Shown here in pieces: positions 8,011 to 17,168 of a stretch of DNA of 64,000 nucleotides. Source of the stretch: Clostridia bacterium. Its GTDB lineage: Bacteria; Bacillota; Clostridia; UBA1212; DUPL01. Where the stretch lies: positions 128,001 through 192,000 of the forward strand of contig JBMNIW010000005.1 in the NCBI GenBank assembly GCA_050951325.1. Direction: 5' to 3'. The notes below the pieces were generated by a model. It saw only the letters and a program-made list of their open reading frames with translations. It was not told the origin of the DNA and did no database searches. The translations under genes were made by a program, and so were the position numbers. The first letter of the stretch is position 1, and each line of letters starts with the position of its first letter.

Positions 8011-10263
8011 ATGACTTTGCTATTTGATCTGCCCGAATGGGTAGAAGCAATTGTTAAAACAAAATATAAAGACGAACATGTGATGTTTGCCGTGCCGCAT
8101 GATTTGAACGAGGACAACAAGCTGCAGGAGGGCATGTTTGTTGTTACGGAAAAATTATTGCTTCTCTTTGCTGATGGAGAAGTAAAAAAAGAGTATAAAA
8201 TTCATGATTTTAAAGAATACAAGGCAACCATGTTTACATCCAGCGGTATTCTAGAAGCTGTAAATGTAAATGATCATGAGCAGTACATGCTTTTTCGGTT
8301 TACCATGGAACATGGTCCAAGGATTGCCACCATTGCTAGAAAACTGAATCTGTACATAGAGGGCAAGGATATGGACTTCTATATCGAGGAGCAGGACCCA
8401 AAATGCACAAAGTGCAATAAAGTCCTGCCAAAAGACAGCTCTATATGTCCATTTTGCGCAAACAAGCTGGATGTAATTGTCAGGTTATTAAAACTTTCTA
8501 AGAAGTACGTTCCATATCTTTTGTTTGGAATGGTACTGTTGCTTGTAATAACTGCGGCAAACATCCTGATGCCCAGATTCTATTCAGGGCTGGTCGACAA
8601 TGTATACACGCTACCCGAGGAAAACCGTGGGGAACAATTCATGCTGACATTTGCACTTCTGATTTTTGGCTACGCCATGTGTAGGGTAATTATTACAGTA
8701 ACCACCATATTCAGAGGACGCATTCTTTCAAGGGTCAGTGAAAAAATAATTCACGAACTTAGAGTTAGTGTATTTGAACACATACATACTTTGTCGCTGG
8801 GATACATAAACCGCAAAAAGACAGGAGATCTCATGAACAGAGTCTCCAGTGATACGGTTAGAATCCAGCAGTTTGTAGAAAACGAGATGGTTGAGGTCAT
8901 AAATCAGGGTCTGATACTTACTGGTGTAACCGTATTTTTGTTTACAATCAATTGGAAAATGGCTCTGATTGTACTGATTCCAGCACCATTCATTGTGCTC
9001 ATATTCAAATCTTTCTGGAACAGAATTTATTTGATTTATAGGAAATTATGGGAACTGTCATCCAGAAGCAACTCCGTACTACAGGATATTCTTAGTGGAA
9101 TTAGGGTTGTAAAGTCCTTTGGTACTGAAAAGAAAGAAGTTGCCAGATACAAGGAAATCTGCTCACAGTACAGGGATACTTCAATAAGGAATGAACTTTT
9201 CTGGGCAACTTTTTATCCGCTTCTTCACATGCTTACTTTTGTAGGGTACTTGGTTATTCTATTGTATGGAGGACTTGAAGTTGTAGGAGCGAAACTTACT
9301 ATTGGTGAGCTTGTTTTGTTCCTTACATACGCTTCAATGATTTATGATCCAATATACTACATGATAAGCCTTCCGAGGACAATTGCCGATACGGTGGCTG
9401 CTGCATTAAGAGTGTTTGATGTGCTTGACCAAAAGTCTGATATAGCAGACAAGGAAAAAGCTCTTGAATTTGCGATAAAGGGCGACGTTAAGTTTGAAAA
9501 AGTCGGCTTTGGTTACAAGTCCTATCTGCCTGTTCTTGAGGATATTAATATAGAGGTTGAAAGTGGAGAGATGATTGGCCTGGTAGGGCATTCGGGTTCA
9601 GGCAAAACCACTATGATTAACCTCATTTTAAGGTTTTACGATGTTGACTCGGGGGCGATATACATAGATGGTGTGAATATAAAGGACATTTCATTAAACT
9701 GTCTTAGGTCGCAAATTGGAGTCGTTCTGCAGGAAACATTTCTTTTTGCAGGCACTATCATGCAAAATATTTTATATTCAAAACCTAATGCGACGGCTGA
9801 AGATGTAATAAAAGCGTGCAAAGTCGCAAATGCCCACGATTTCATTATGAAGTTTCCAGATGGATATGACACTAAAATTGGACAATATGGTCAGACTCTG
9901 TCTGGCGGAGAGAAACAGAGAATTGCGATTGCAAGGGCTATAATACATAATCCAAGAATACTTATACTGGATGAGGCTACTTCTTCGCTTGATACGGAGA
10001 CTGAACTTTCCATACAGGAAGCTCTTAGAAGACTCGTTAAAAACAGGACCACCTTTGCCATTGCCCATAGGTTGTCAACTCTTAAAAACGCTAACAGACT
10101 TTTGGTACTTGAGCATGGGAAACTTGTTGAGTTGGGTACTCATAATGAGCTGATTGAGAAGAAGGGAATATACTACAATCTGGTGCTTGCCCAGCTCAGA
10201 ATGACAAGGCTGGTTGGTGACGAGGAGATAGTGGAAGAGGAAATCATTCAGGAAATAGTGTAA
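8011..10263 (+). CDS. ABC exporter (TMD+NBD) with N-terminal extension and Zn-ribbon
   Basis: GHSGSGKT, LSGGEKQR, LDEATS, AHRL; CTKC...CPFC; paralog of 5155..7449. Confidence 0.93.
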   Translation: MTLLFDLPEWVEAIVKTKYKDEHVMFAVPHDLNEDNKLQEGMFVVTEKLLLLFADGEVKKEYKIHDFKEYKATMFTSSGILEAVNVNDHEQYMLFRFTMEHGPRIATIARKLNLYIEGKDMDFYIEEQDPKCTKCNKVLPKDSSICPFCANKLDVIVRLLKLSKKYVPYLLFGMVLLLVITAANILMPRFYSGLVDNVYTLPEENRGEQFMLTFALLIFGYAMCRVIITVTTIFRGRILSRVSEKIIHELRVSVFEHIHTLSLGYINRKKTGDLMNRVSSDTVRIQQFVENEMVEVINQGLILTGVTVFLFTINWKMALIVLIPAPFIVLIFKSFWNRIYLIYRKLWELSSRSNSVLQDILSGIRVVKSFGTEKKEVARYKEICSQYRDTSIRNELFWATFYPLLHMLTFVGYLVILLYGGLEVVGAKLTIGELVLFLTYASMIYDPIYYMISLPRTIADTVAAALRVFDVLDQKSDIADKEKALEFAIKGDVKFEKVGFGYKSYLPVLEDINIEVESGEMIGLVGHSGSGKTTMINLILRFYDVDSGAIYIDGVNIKDISLNCLRSQIGVVLQETFLFAGTIMQNILYSKPNATAEDVIKACKVANAHDFIMKFPDGYDTKIGQYGQTLSGGEKQRIAIARAIIHNPRILILDEATSSLDTETELSIQEALRRLVKNRTTFAIAHRLSTLKNANRLLVLEHGKLVELGTHNELIEKKGIYYNLVLAQLRMTRLVGDEEIVEEEIIQEIV

Positions 10264-10295
10264 GAATTTGAAAATTTATATATGTGTCAAAAGTA

Positions 10296-10324
10296 TTGCT
10301 CATCCTTTAAGGATGTGCTATACT
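10296..10324 (+). promoter_or_regulatory. Sigma-A promoter for the ftsK locus, embedded in an inverted repeat
   Basis: TTGCTC-17 nt-TATACT with TGn extended -10; lies inside the hairpin at 10289-10327. Confidence 0.55.
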
Positions 10325-10362
10325 TTTAAAGAAGCCCTATTATTATCATGGAGTGTAAAAAA

Positions 10363-11370
10363 ATGCAGAACGAAAGAAATAGATTCATAAATGTATTAAA
10401 AACTAATATACCAGCAGTTATAGTAATTTTAATAATGACAATAGCTTTAAAAATTGCACTGGATTACAATGTAATTCTGTCTTTTATCATACTTTGCATT
10501 GCATATGTTGTACTAGGGATAATTGTAGAATTTATTCTTGAGAAAATAGAAGGAACAAGAACAGTACAGGAACCTCAGTATAGAAGCGAGAGACAAGTAA
10601 AGCCTAAACTTGTCGATCTTTCTGATGACAGCGATATTACAATAAAGCAAAGACCGGCCAGGAAAATTACAACATCTCCAAATGCTGCTGAGGTGGCTCA
10701 GCGTCTAAGGAAGACAAAGCTTAATTTTGATGATTTGTTGACCCTTTCAGACACCCCACAGACGGTTAGAAGGGAAGAAAAGGTGTTAGCCAGCAAGGTC
10801 AGCGTTATAAATGACTACTCAACGCTGCTTAACAAAGCCAAACAAACACAAGAAGAGCCAGAAGCGGCGCAAACTGAGATTAAAAGCACGGTTAGTGTGG
10901 AAAAAATAACCGACGAGAATTATAACAAGATTGAAAGCAAGAAAACTGATATTGACGAATCATACACTCTTGATGACAATGATTTTACTGTAAGACCTGC
11001 TGAAGATCTTGAGTCCGTTTCAAAGAGAATAAAACATGAGGTTGAAAAACGACTTTCCGATTCTAAAAAGACCATTTTCCCTAGAAGGAAAAAAGGTACT
11101 TCTTTAATGGAAGATTTGACATTTGATAATCAAGAGGAAGAAAAGAAAACAGAAAACATAGATACTGTTGAAAAGCTTGATGATTTTAAAATAGTGAGAG
11201 AAGATGACAAAAAGGATGACGAAGCTCTTGAAGATATTTTCTTTGAGGCGGATGGCGTTGAAGGCAACGACATGGCTGTTGCTGATACGGATTTAATAAA
11301 CGAGCTGTACACCGAAAAGGAAGAAGAGCCTAAAAAAAAACAACCTTTTTGGAAAAATCTTTTCCGTTAA
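10363..11370 (+). CDS. Membrane protein with acidic linker; probable N-terminal part of FtsK/SpoIIIE
   Basis: Two N-terminal TM segments then a long D/E/K-rich linker; overlaps the FtsK motor ORF, which is in the -1 frame after an A9 run. ATG at 10363 follows a GGAG RBS. Confidence 0.7.
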   Translation: MQNERNRFINVLKTNIPAVIVILIMTIALKIALDYNVILSFIILCIAYVVLGIIVEFILEKIEGTRTVQEPQYRSERQVKPKLVDLSDDSDITIKQRPARKITTSPNAAEVAQRLRKTKLNFDDLLTLSDTPQTVRREEKVLASKVSVINDYSTLLNKAKQTQEEPEAAQTEIKSTVSVEKITDENYNKIESKKTDIDESYTLDDNDFTVRPAEDLESVSKRIKHEVEKRLSDSKKTIFPRRKKGTSLMEDLTFDNQEEEKKTENIDTVEKLDDFKIVREDDKKDDEALEDIFFEADGVEGNDMAVADTDLINELYTEKEEEPKKKQPFWKNLFR

Positions 11371-12839
11371 AAGAAAAAAGTAGCCGACAAAGTTATGAAA
11401 AGCCTCCCCAGGAGTTGATTAAACCCAGTATTCAAAGAGATGTCAATACTAATGAAAGGGATGAGGAGCTCAGGAAAAGGGGAGAGAAACTTATTACTAC
11501 TTTACAAAGTTTTGGTGTAGGCGCGAAGATTGTTGGAATATCCAAAGGGCCTACTGTTACCCGTTTTGAAATTCAACCGAATGCTGGTGTCAAGGTAAGC
11601 AAAATCGTTTCTCTTGCGGATGACATTGCCCTAAATCTCGCAGCTACCGGTGTAAGAATAGAAGCGCCCATACCAGGAAAAGCTGCTATTGGAATAGAAG
11701 TACCCAACAAGGAAGTGGACATAGTATATCTGCATGATGTTTTGTCCAGCAGCAAGTACATAAAAGCTCCATCCAAGCTATCTATTGCACTTGGAATGGA
11801 TATCTCTGGCAATATTATTGTGGGTGACATAGCAAGAATGCCTCACTTGCTGATTGCCGGTTCCACTGGCTCGGGAAAGAGTGTGTGTATTAACTCTATA
11901 ATCCTCAGTATACTGTTTAAGGCAAGTCCTGATGAAGTTAAATTTATAATGATCGATCCGAAAGTCGTTGAACTTGGCGTGTACAACGGCATACCTCATC
12001 TATTGATACCTGTTGTCACAAATCCCAAAAAGGCGGCAAGTGCCGTTGCGTGGGCTGTGAACGAGGTTGAAAATAGATATGCCATGTTTGCTCAGCATAA
12101 TGTAAGGGATTTGGCTTCGTACAACAAGCTTGCTTCCAAGAAGAATCTGGAGAGCGGAAAGCTTCCTCAGATTGTAATAATTATTGACGAGCTGGCGGAT
12201 TTAATGATGGTAGCGGCAAATGAAATAGAGGACTCGATTATAAGGTTGGCGCAGAAAGCACGTGCTGCAGGAGTGCATTTAGTTGTTGCAACCCAAAGAC
12301 CTTCAGTAAACGTCATCACCGGCCTCATAAAAGCCAACATACCTTCACGTATCGCGTTTGCAGTTGCATCACAAGTGGATGCAAGGACAATACTTGACCA
12401 TGCTGGTGCAGAGAAGCTGTTGGGAAGAGGAGATATGCTGTATCATCCTATTGGAGCTTCAAAGCCTTTAAGAGTTCAAGGTGCCTTTGTATCAGATAGT
12501 GATGTTGAAAAGGTTGTTGAGTTTGTTAAATCCAGCTATGGACCCGTTGAATATGACGAAGAGGTTGCCAGCATGATTGAAAGTACTCAAAACGCTGAAA
12601 CAATAGTACAGTCTGGCAATGGGGAAAATCCCGATGATGAGCTGATTGAACAGGCTTGCGAACTCGCATTTGAGTTCAACCAATTGTCAGCTTCATTTTT
12701 GCAGAGGAAGTTGAAGATTGGGTACTCGAGGGCGGCAAGAATTATTGACACCCTCGAGGATCGTGGTCTGCTGTCAGCTGCCGATGGCAGCAAGCCCAGA
12801 CAGGTTCTTATGAGCAGAAGAGAATGGTATGGCTCATGA
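11349..12839 (+). CDS. ftsK: DNA translocase FtsK/SpoIIIE motor and gamma domains
   Basis: [63 protein letters not shown]. No well-spaced RBS before the TTG. Confidence 0.95.
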   Translation: MEKSFPLKEKSSRQSYEKPPQELIKPSIQRDVNTNERDEELRKRGEKLITTLQSFGVGAKIVGISKGPTVTRFEIQPNAGVKVSKIVSLADDIALNLAATGVRIEAPIPGKAAIGIEVPNKEVDIVYLHDVLSSSKYIKAPSKLSIALGMDISGNIIVGDIARMPHLLIAGSTGSGKSVCINSIILSILFKASPDEVKFIMIDPKVVELGVYNGIPHLLIPVVTNPKKAASAVAWAVNEVENRYAMFAQHNVRDLASYNKLASKKNLESGKLPQIVIIIDELADLMMVAANEIEDSIIRLAQKARAAGVHLVVATQRPSVNVITGLIKANIPSRIAFAVASQVDARTILDHAGAEKLLGRGDMLYHPIGASKPLRVQGAFVSDSDVEKVVEFVKSSYGPVEYDEEVASMIESTQNAETIVQSGNGENPDDELIEQACELAFEFNQLSASFLQRKLKIGYSRAARIIDTLEDRGLLSAADGSKPRQVLMSRREWYGS

Positions 12840-13586
12840 CAGAATTAGCCCCACCGGACAGTGGTCACTGCCATACACATCGGAATATATTATTGCATCT
12901 TCGATGCGGTTCTTTAATTTTTCCGAGACCAGAAAATAGTCTATTCTCCAGCCCGCATTGTTTTTGCGGGCATTAAACATATAACTCCACCAAGTGTATG
13001 CTCCTGTAACATCAGGATAAAGATGTCTGTATGTATCGACATACCCTGCGTCCAACAGCTGAGTAAATTTTTCTCTTTCTTCGTCTGTAAATCCGGCACT
13101 GCGTCTGTTGGTGTTCGGATTTTTCAGATCTATTTCTTTATGAGCTACATTAAGATCGCCGCAAATTATGACTGGTTTCATTTGCTCAAGTTTCAGTGCA
13201 TAATTTCTGAACTCATCCTCCCATACCATTCTGTAATCGAGCCTTTCAAGTTCAGTCTTTGAATTAGGTGTATATACGCAAATTAGAAAGAATTCCTCCA
13301 ATTCAATGGTAATAACCCTTCCTTCATTATCGTGCTCTTCGATGCCAAGTCCATAGCTTACGGACAATGGACTCGTTCTAGTATATATTGCTGTACCGGA
13401 ATAACCCTTTCTTTCAGCATCATTCCAATACTGCTCGTAACCTTCAAATTCCGGTGCACCTTGGCTTTGGTGCATCTTGGTTTCCTGTATGCAGAATATA
13501 TCTGCATCAACTTTATTGAAAAAATCAGAAAACCCCTTTTTCATACACGCTCTTAATCCGTTTACATTCCATGATACAAGTTTCAT
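12834..13586 (-). CDS. xth: Exodeoxyribonuclease III / AP endonuclease
   Basis: [31 protein letters not shown]. Confidence 0.96.
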   Translation of the reverse strand: MKLVSWNVNGLRACMKKGFSDFFNKVDADIFCIQETKMHQSQGAPEFEGYEQYWNDAERKGYSGTAIYTRTSPLSVSYGLGIEEHDNEGRVITIELEEFFLICVYTPNSKTELERLDYRMVWEDEFRNYALKLEQMKPVIICGDLNVAHKEIDLKNPNTNRRSAGFTDEEREKFTQLLDAGYVDTYRHLYPDVTGAYTWWSYMFNARKNNAGWRIDYFLVSEKLKNRIEDAIIYSDVYGSDHCPVGLILS

Positions 13587-13685
13587 TTTCTACCTCCATA
13601 ATTCTTTACATCAATATTCTAACTTATTTTACTCTTGTTGTATATAACCTGCTGGTTAGGTATAATATAGATGGAGGAGACGATT

Positions 13686-14207
13686 ATGAGGTTATTTACA
13701 GCAATTCTTTTTAATGATGAAGTAAAAGACAAGTTGGAGAAAATCAAGAACACAGTTAGAGCATATGCTATAAAAGGAAACTTTACATTAAAAAACAACT
13801 TGCATCTGACATTGGTCTTCTTGGGTGAGGTTGAACAGTGCGATGTAGATTCTATTGTGAAAGCATTGGATAAAGTAGAGTACAACAAGTTTGACATGAC
13901 CTTGAACAGGCTTGGCAAGTTTTCAAGACGGGATGGAGATATTTTATGGCTTGGGATGGACAAAGAGAATTCTGACCTTGCCAGGCTTCGCAAACTTGTC
14001 TACAGGGAACTTGGTAAATTAGGCTTCCACCAAGACAAGTTCACACCACATATTACCCTGGGCAGGCGTGTTGTTTTAAAAGAGGATTTGGATTCAATAC
14101 AAACGAATGAAATATCAACAAGAGTAGACAGAATAAGTCTCATGCTGTCAGAGAGAGTTGATAATGTATTGACTTATACTGAAATATATTCTAAAAACCT
14201 GCACTAG
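13686..14207 (+). CDS. thpR: RNA 2',3'-cyclic phosphodiesterase (2H family)
   Basis: MRLFTAI start after GGAGG; two HxT motifs (HLTL, HITL). Confidence 0.9.
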   Translation: MRLFTAILFNDEVKDKLEKIKNTVRAYAIKGNFTLKNNLHLTLVFLGEVEQCDVDSIVKALDKVEYNKFDMTLNRLGKFSRRDGDILWLGMDKENSDLARLRKLVYRELGKLGFHQDKFTPHITLGRRVVLKEDLDSIQTNEISTRVDRISLMLSERVDNVLTYTEIYSKNLH

Positions 14208-14230
14208 GCGAAAAGCTTTGTGCAGGTTTT
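14194..14230. terminator. Bidirectional terminator between thpR and cotJC
   Basis: aaaacctgcac / gtgcaggtttt inverted repeat. Confidence 0.7.
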
Positions 14231-14238
14231 GGTATGGG

Positions 14239-14811
14239 TTAGTAATATGTCTTTCTGTCTTTCAAGTCTTGAACAATTCTTAGTGCTTCACCAAATCTCT
14301 GGAAGTGCACTACCTCGCGTTCGCGTAAGAATCTCAAGGGAGCAATAACATCAGGATCATCAGTCATGTGTAACAGATACTCATATGTAGTTTTGGCTTT
14401 TTGCTCGGCTGCAAGGTTTTCTATCAGGTCAGTTTCAGGATCCCCTTTTGATTGTAGGTATGCTGCAGTAAAGGGCACACCCGATGCATTCATTGGGTAT
14501 ATGCCGCAACCATGGTCAACGTATGCAGGATCATAGCCACAGGCCTTCAATGTCTCACAGTCAGCACCTTTCAAAAGCTGCGAACAAATAGTTCCTATCA
14601 TTTCCAAATGTGCCAATTCCTCTGTACCTATATCAGTCAGAATGGCTTTTGTCTCTCCTGTGGGCATAGTGAACCTTTGACTTAGATATCTCAGTGATGC
14701 GGCAAGTTCGCCATCAGGACCGCCGTATTGTGTGATGATAAGCTTTGCAAGCCTTGGATTTGGGTTTTTAATGTTTATTGGGAACTCAAGCTTCTTTTCA
14801 TAAATCCACAT
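14239..14811 (-). CDS. cotJC: Spore coat protein CotJC (Mn-catalase family)
   Basis: MWIYEKKLEFP, QYGGPDGEL, IGTEELAHLE, FLREREVVHFQRFGEAL. Confidence 0.95.
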   Translation of the reverse strand: MWIYEKKLEFPINIKNPNPRLAKLIITQYGGPDGELAASLRYLSQRFTMPTGETKAILTDIGTEELAHLEMIGTICSQLLKGADCETLKACGYDPAYVDHGCGIYPMNASGVPFTAAYLQSKGDPETDLIENLAAEQKAKTTYEYLLHMTDDPDVIAPLRFLREREVVHFQRFGEALRIVQDLKDRKTYY

Positions 14812-14817
14812 TCAATA

Positions 14818-15081
14818 TCACTCCTTACATCCATATTTTCTTTCCCAAGGCCATGGTTCTTCAACCCAATCCCACATATCCTCGGAATTCGTATAGTTAA
14901 TAGCTGTCAGGGGCCCATACATGGCTTCAAAGCTTTCAATCATGACTTTTCTTTTTTTCGCAACATTATTGAACAATTCTATTGTTTCTGTGCAGGTGGG
15001 GTGAGTATCCAGATAAAGGTTCAGATCTATAAGAGCAAAATCCAGAGCCATTATTTCATGAAGCATTTTATCTCTATCCAT
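14818..15081 (-). CDS. cotJB: Spore coat protein CotJB
   Basis: DLNLYLDTHP, YGPLT, W.W...PWPWE. Confidence 0.92.
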   Translation of the reverse strand: MDRDKMLHEIMALDFALIDLNLYLDTHPTCTETIELFNNVAKKRKVMIESFEAMYGPLTAINYTNSEDMWDWVEEPWPWERKYGCKE

Positions 15082-15083
15082 GC

Positions 15084-15329
15084 CTAACAGCACCCCCTGT
15101 CTTTATACGGTTGGTACAAATCTTTATAAACAGTGCCCTTTTCCAGGCTTTCGCAGATAGAGAACATCTTGCCTGGTTCCTGCCAAGGCACATAAATTGT
15201 AGCCAATCTACCTTGAGATGTTACGTCTGATACTGCCATTTTTCTCATATCCTCTTCATGAAGTGGAGTACTCATGAAAGGGGAAGTGCAATAATCCTTT
15301 TCACACAAGTTGGAACGATTGTCGCTCAT
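15084..15329 (-). CDS. cotJA: Spore coat associated protein CotJA
   Basis: LATIYVPWQ...LEKGTVYKDLYQPY; first gene of cotJABC. Confidence 0.85.
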   Translation of the reverse strand: MSDNRSNLCEKDYCTSPFMSTPLHEEDMRKMAVSDVTSQGRLATIYVPWQEPGKMFSICESLEKGTVYKDLYQPYKDRGCC

Positions 15330-15500
15330 TAATTCAATTCCTCCATAAATATAATTCCGTTATATTATATTAACAACGTATGTTTAGTGTCACATTGGAT
15401 TTCGTGTTTTCTTCCATATGAAATACAGAGGCTGCAATATATCATATGGAATTATTTTAAATTTGGTGTTAAAAAGTATGATTTTGGGTATAATACTTAC

Positions 15501-15655
15501 AAGTGATATCTTCATTGCTTTATGCAAGAGGAATTTCACCCTGAAAAATATCTGTATAAATGGTGATGCTCCACATCAAGTAATTTTATTTTGTAAGATT
15601 AGGAGTCAGTACAATATCGTTTGGTGAGATAGGTACGACTCCTAATTTTTTTTAT
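15501..15655 (+). ncRNA. Putative structured small RNA, unit 1
   Basis: Perfect TATAAT at 15489-15494; long irregular hairpin (atctt/aagat, ttgctt/aagtaa, tcacc/ggtga); terminator ttaggagtc...gactcctaa plus T-run; no credible ORF. Confidence 0.45.
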
Positions 15656-15671
15656 TTAGTAAATGAATGTA

Positions 15672-15855
15672 AACACTTCATATGGACTCTTAGTGAACAA
15701 GTGACAGTACCTTCGAAAGTTGAGCAGAAACCAATCACAAATAGATTTCTTCAATTGATCAGATTGTGAATTGTTGGGGAATGCTATAAATGATTTTGCT
15801 TATGTAAAGATTAAAGTCCACTTGGTGTGAAAAAGGGGTGGACTTTACTTTTTCA
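15672..15855 (+). ncRNA. Putative structured small RNA, unit 2
   Basis: Rod-like fold (tggact..ttagt/attaaagtcca, caatcacaa/ttgtgaattg); terminator taaagtccac...gtggacttta plus T-run; shares motifs with unit 1. Confidence 0.45.
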
Positions 15856-15897
15856 TTTTGAGTAAGCAAAATACAGGAGATTTTTTTAAAAATGGTG

Positions 15898-15975
15898 TTG
15901 ACAAGTCCCATTTGGTATGTTATTATATACGAGCTGTCAGCGAAACACCAAGACAGCAACGAACATTAAAAATTT
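15898..15975 (+). promoter_or_regulatory. Sigma-A promoter and rrn-like leader of the tRNA-Thr/Tyr operon
   Basis: TTGACA-17 nt-TATTAT with TGn; then a gctgtc...gacagc hairpin and boxA-like gaacattaaaa. Confidence 0.7.
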
Positions 15976-15980
15976 AACAA

Positions 15981-16056
<76 letters not shown>

Positions 16057-16087
16057 GTTGTCTTAGAACATCTAAGACAACTTATAT

Positions 16088-16173
16088 GGGAGAGTACCCA
16101 AGTGGCCAAAGGGGGCAGACTGTAAATCTGTTGCTAGATAGCTTCGGTGGTTCAAATCCGCCCTCTCCCACCA
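16088..16173 (+). tRNA. tRNA-Tyr(GTA)
   Basis: gggagag/ctctccc acceptor stem, anticodon GTA, long variable arm, CCA. Confidence 0.97.
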
Positions 16174-16208
16174 AAACTGTCGAGGAAGTAGTTCTTCGAC
16201 AGTTTTTT
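16173..16208 (+). terminator. Intrinsic terminator after tRNA-Tyr
   Basis: aaaactgtcgagg / cttcgacagtttt plus T-run. Confidence 0.85.
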
Positions 16209-16281
16209 ATTTTTCTTCTGTATCTGTTGACATTAATGTATATCGGTGCTAGATTAACAGAAAAATGATAGGAGTTTAGTA

Positions 16282-17124
16282 ATGAAAACAGGCATTAGTT
16301 CATCTGCATACTTTGGCTTACATAGTACAGAAGCGGATTATGCAAAGATAAAATTACATGGATATGATTGTATTGACTATCAGAACTTTATTAATACGGA
16401 AACTGAATTGTTTACCATGTCCGATTCTGAGTTTGAGAAGTTTCTGTTAAGGGAGAAAGCTTATGCACAATCAGTAGGGATTGAAATCTTTCAGACCCAT
16501 GGACCATGGAGATATCCTCCTCAAGATTGTACGGAAGAGGATAGGGCAGAACGTATGGAAAAAATGAAAAAATCGATATGGGGCACATCATTGCTTGAAT
16601 GCAAGTATTTTGTAATACATCCTATCATGCCGTATGGCGCTGATAAGGACCCTGAGCCTGAAAGACTATTTGAAATGAACTTCGAATTCATGAGTGCTTT
16701 GCTTCCTGTCGCAAAAGAGCATGGTGTTGTGATTTGTCTTGAGAACATGCCCATGACTCAACTATCGCTATCAAGACCAGCAGAAATACTGGAGTTTGTA
16801 AAAGCGATAAACAGTGAAAACATGCAGGTGTGTATAGATACTGGTCATTGTGCGGTTTTTGGAGAATCTCCTGCTGATGCTGTCAGATTGACAGGGGAGT
16901 ATTTGAAGGTTTTACATGTGCATGATAATGACGGCAGGATGGATCTTCACTGGCTTCCATACTACGGGGTTGTTGACTGGGATGATTTCAACAATGCATT
17001 GAATGAAATTGGTTATGATGGATGCTTGTCGTTAGAAACCAACGTCTCAAGGAAAATACCTGCTGATATTAAGGAACATCATCAAATCGGACTTGCATTG
17101 ATAGCAAAAAAACTCGCTGAATAA
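16282..17124 (+). CDS. Sugar phosphate isomerase/epimerase (xylose isomerase-like TIM barrel)
   Basis: CLENM, CIDTGH, LHVHDNDG..DLHW.P..G, LSLE metal-binding motifs. Confidence 0.9.
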   Translation: MKTGISSSAYFGLHSTEADYAKIKLHGYDCIDYQNFINTETELFTMSDSEFEKFLLREKAYAQSVGIEIFQTHGPWRYPPQDCTEEDRAERMEKMKKSIWGTSLLECKYFVIHPIMPYGADKDPEPERLFEMNFEFMSALLPVAKEHGVVICLENMPMTQLSLSRPAEILEFVKAINSENMQVCIDTGHCAVFGESPADAVRLTGEYLKVLHVHDNDGRMDLHWLPYYGVVDWDDFNNALNEIGYDGCLSLETNVSRKIPADIKEHHQIGLALIAKKLAE

Positions 17125-17131
17125 CTTGATT

Positions 17132-17166
17132 AAAAAAGACAGACCGAATTTATCAGTCTGTCTTTT
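17132..17166. terminator. Bidirectional terminator
   Basis: aaaagacagac / gtctgtctttt inverted repeat between convergent genes. Confidence 0.8.
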
Positions 17167-17168
17167 GT

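Noticed and set aside
4246-15423. Exact 14-mer tcttccatatgaaa upstream of ytfI (4246) and cotJA (15410)
   Set aside because: Matches of this length are expected by chance in 64 kb of AT-rich DNA, and the positions relative to the genes differ.
15520-15580. Fluoride riboswitch or T-box call
   Set aside because: Only partial resemblance; it lacks the 5' GGCGATGG-type pseudoknot strand and the T-box antiterminator bulge, and no downstream CDS is available to regulate.
15418-15959. ORFs 15418..15627 and 15759..15959, and tiny ORFs MVMLHIK and MILLM
   Set aside because: No recognisable motifs, weak or missing RBS, and they overlap terminator or promoter elements.
16086-16268. ORFs overlapping tRNA genes (also 41543..41764, 42276..42545, 57934..58128)
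   Set aside because: Translations of tRNA sequence.
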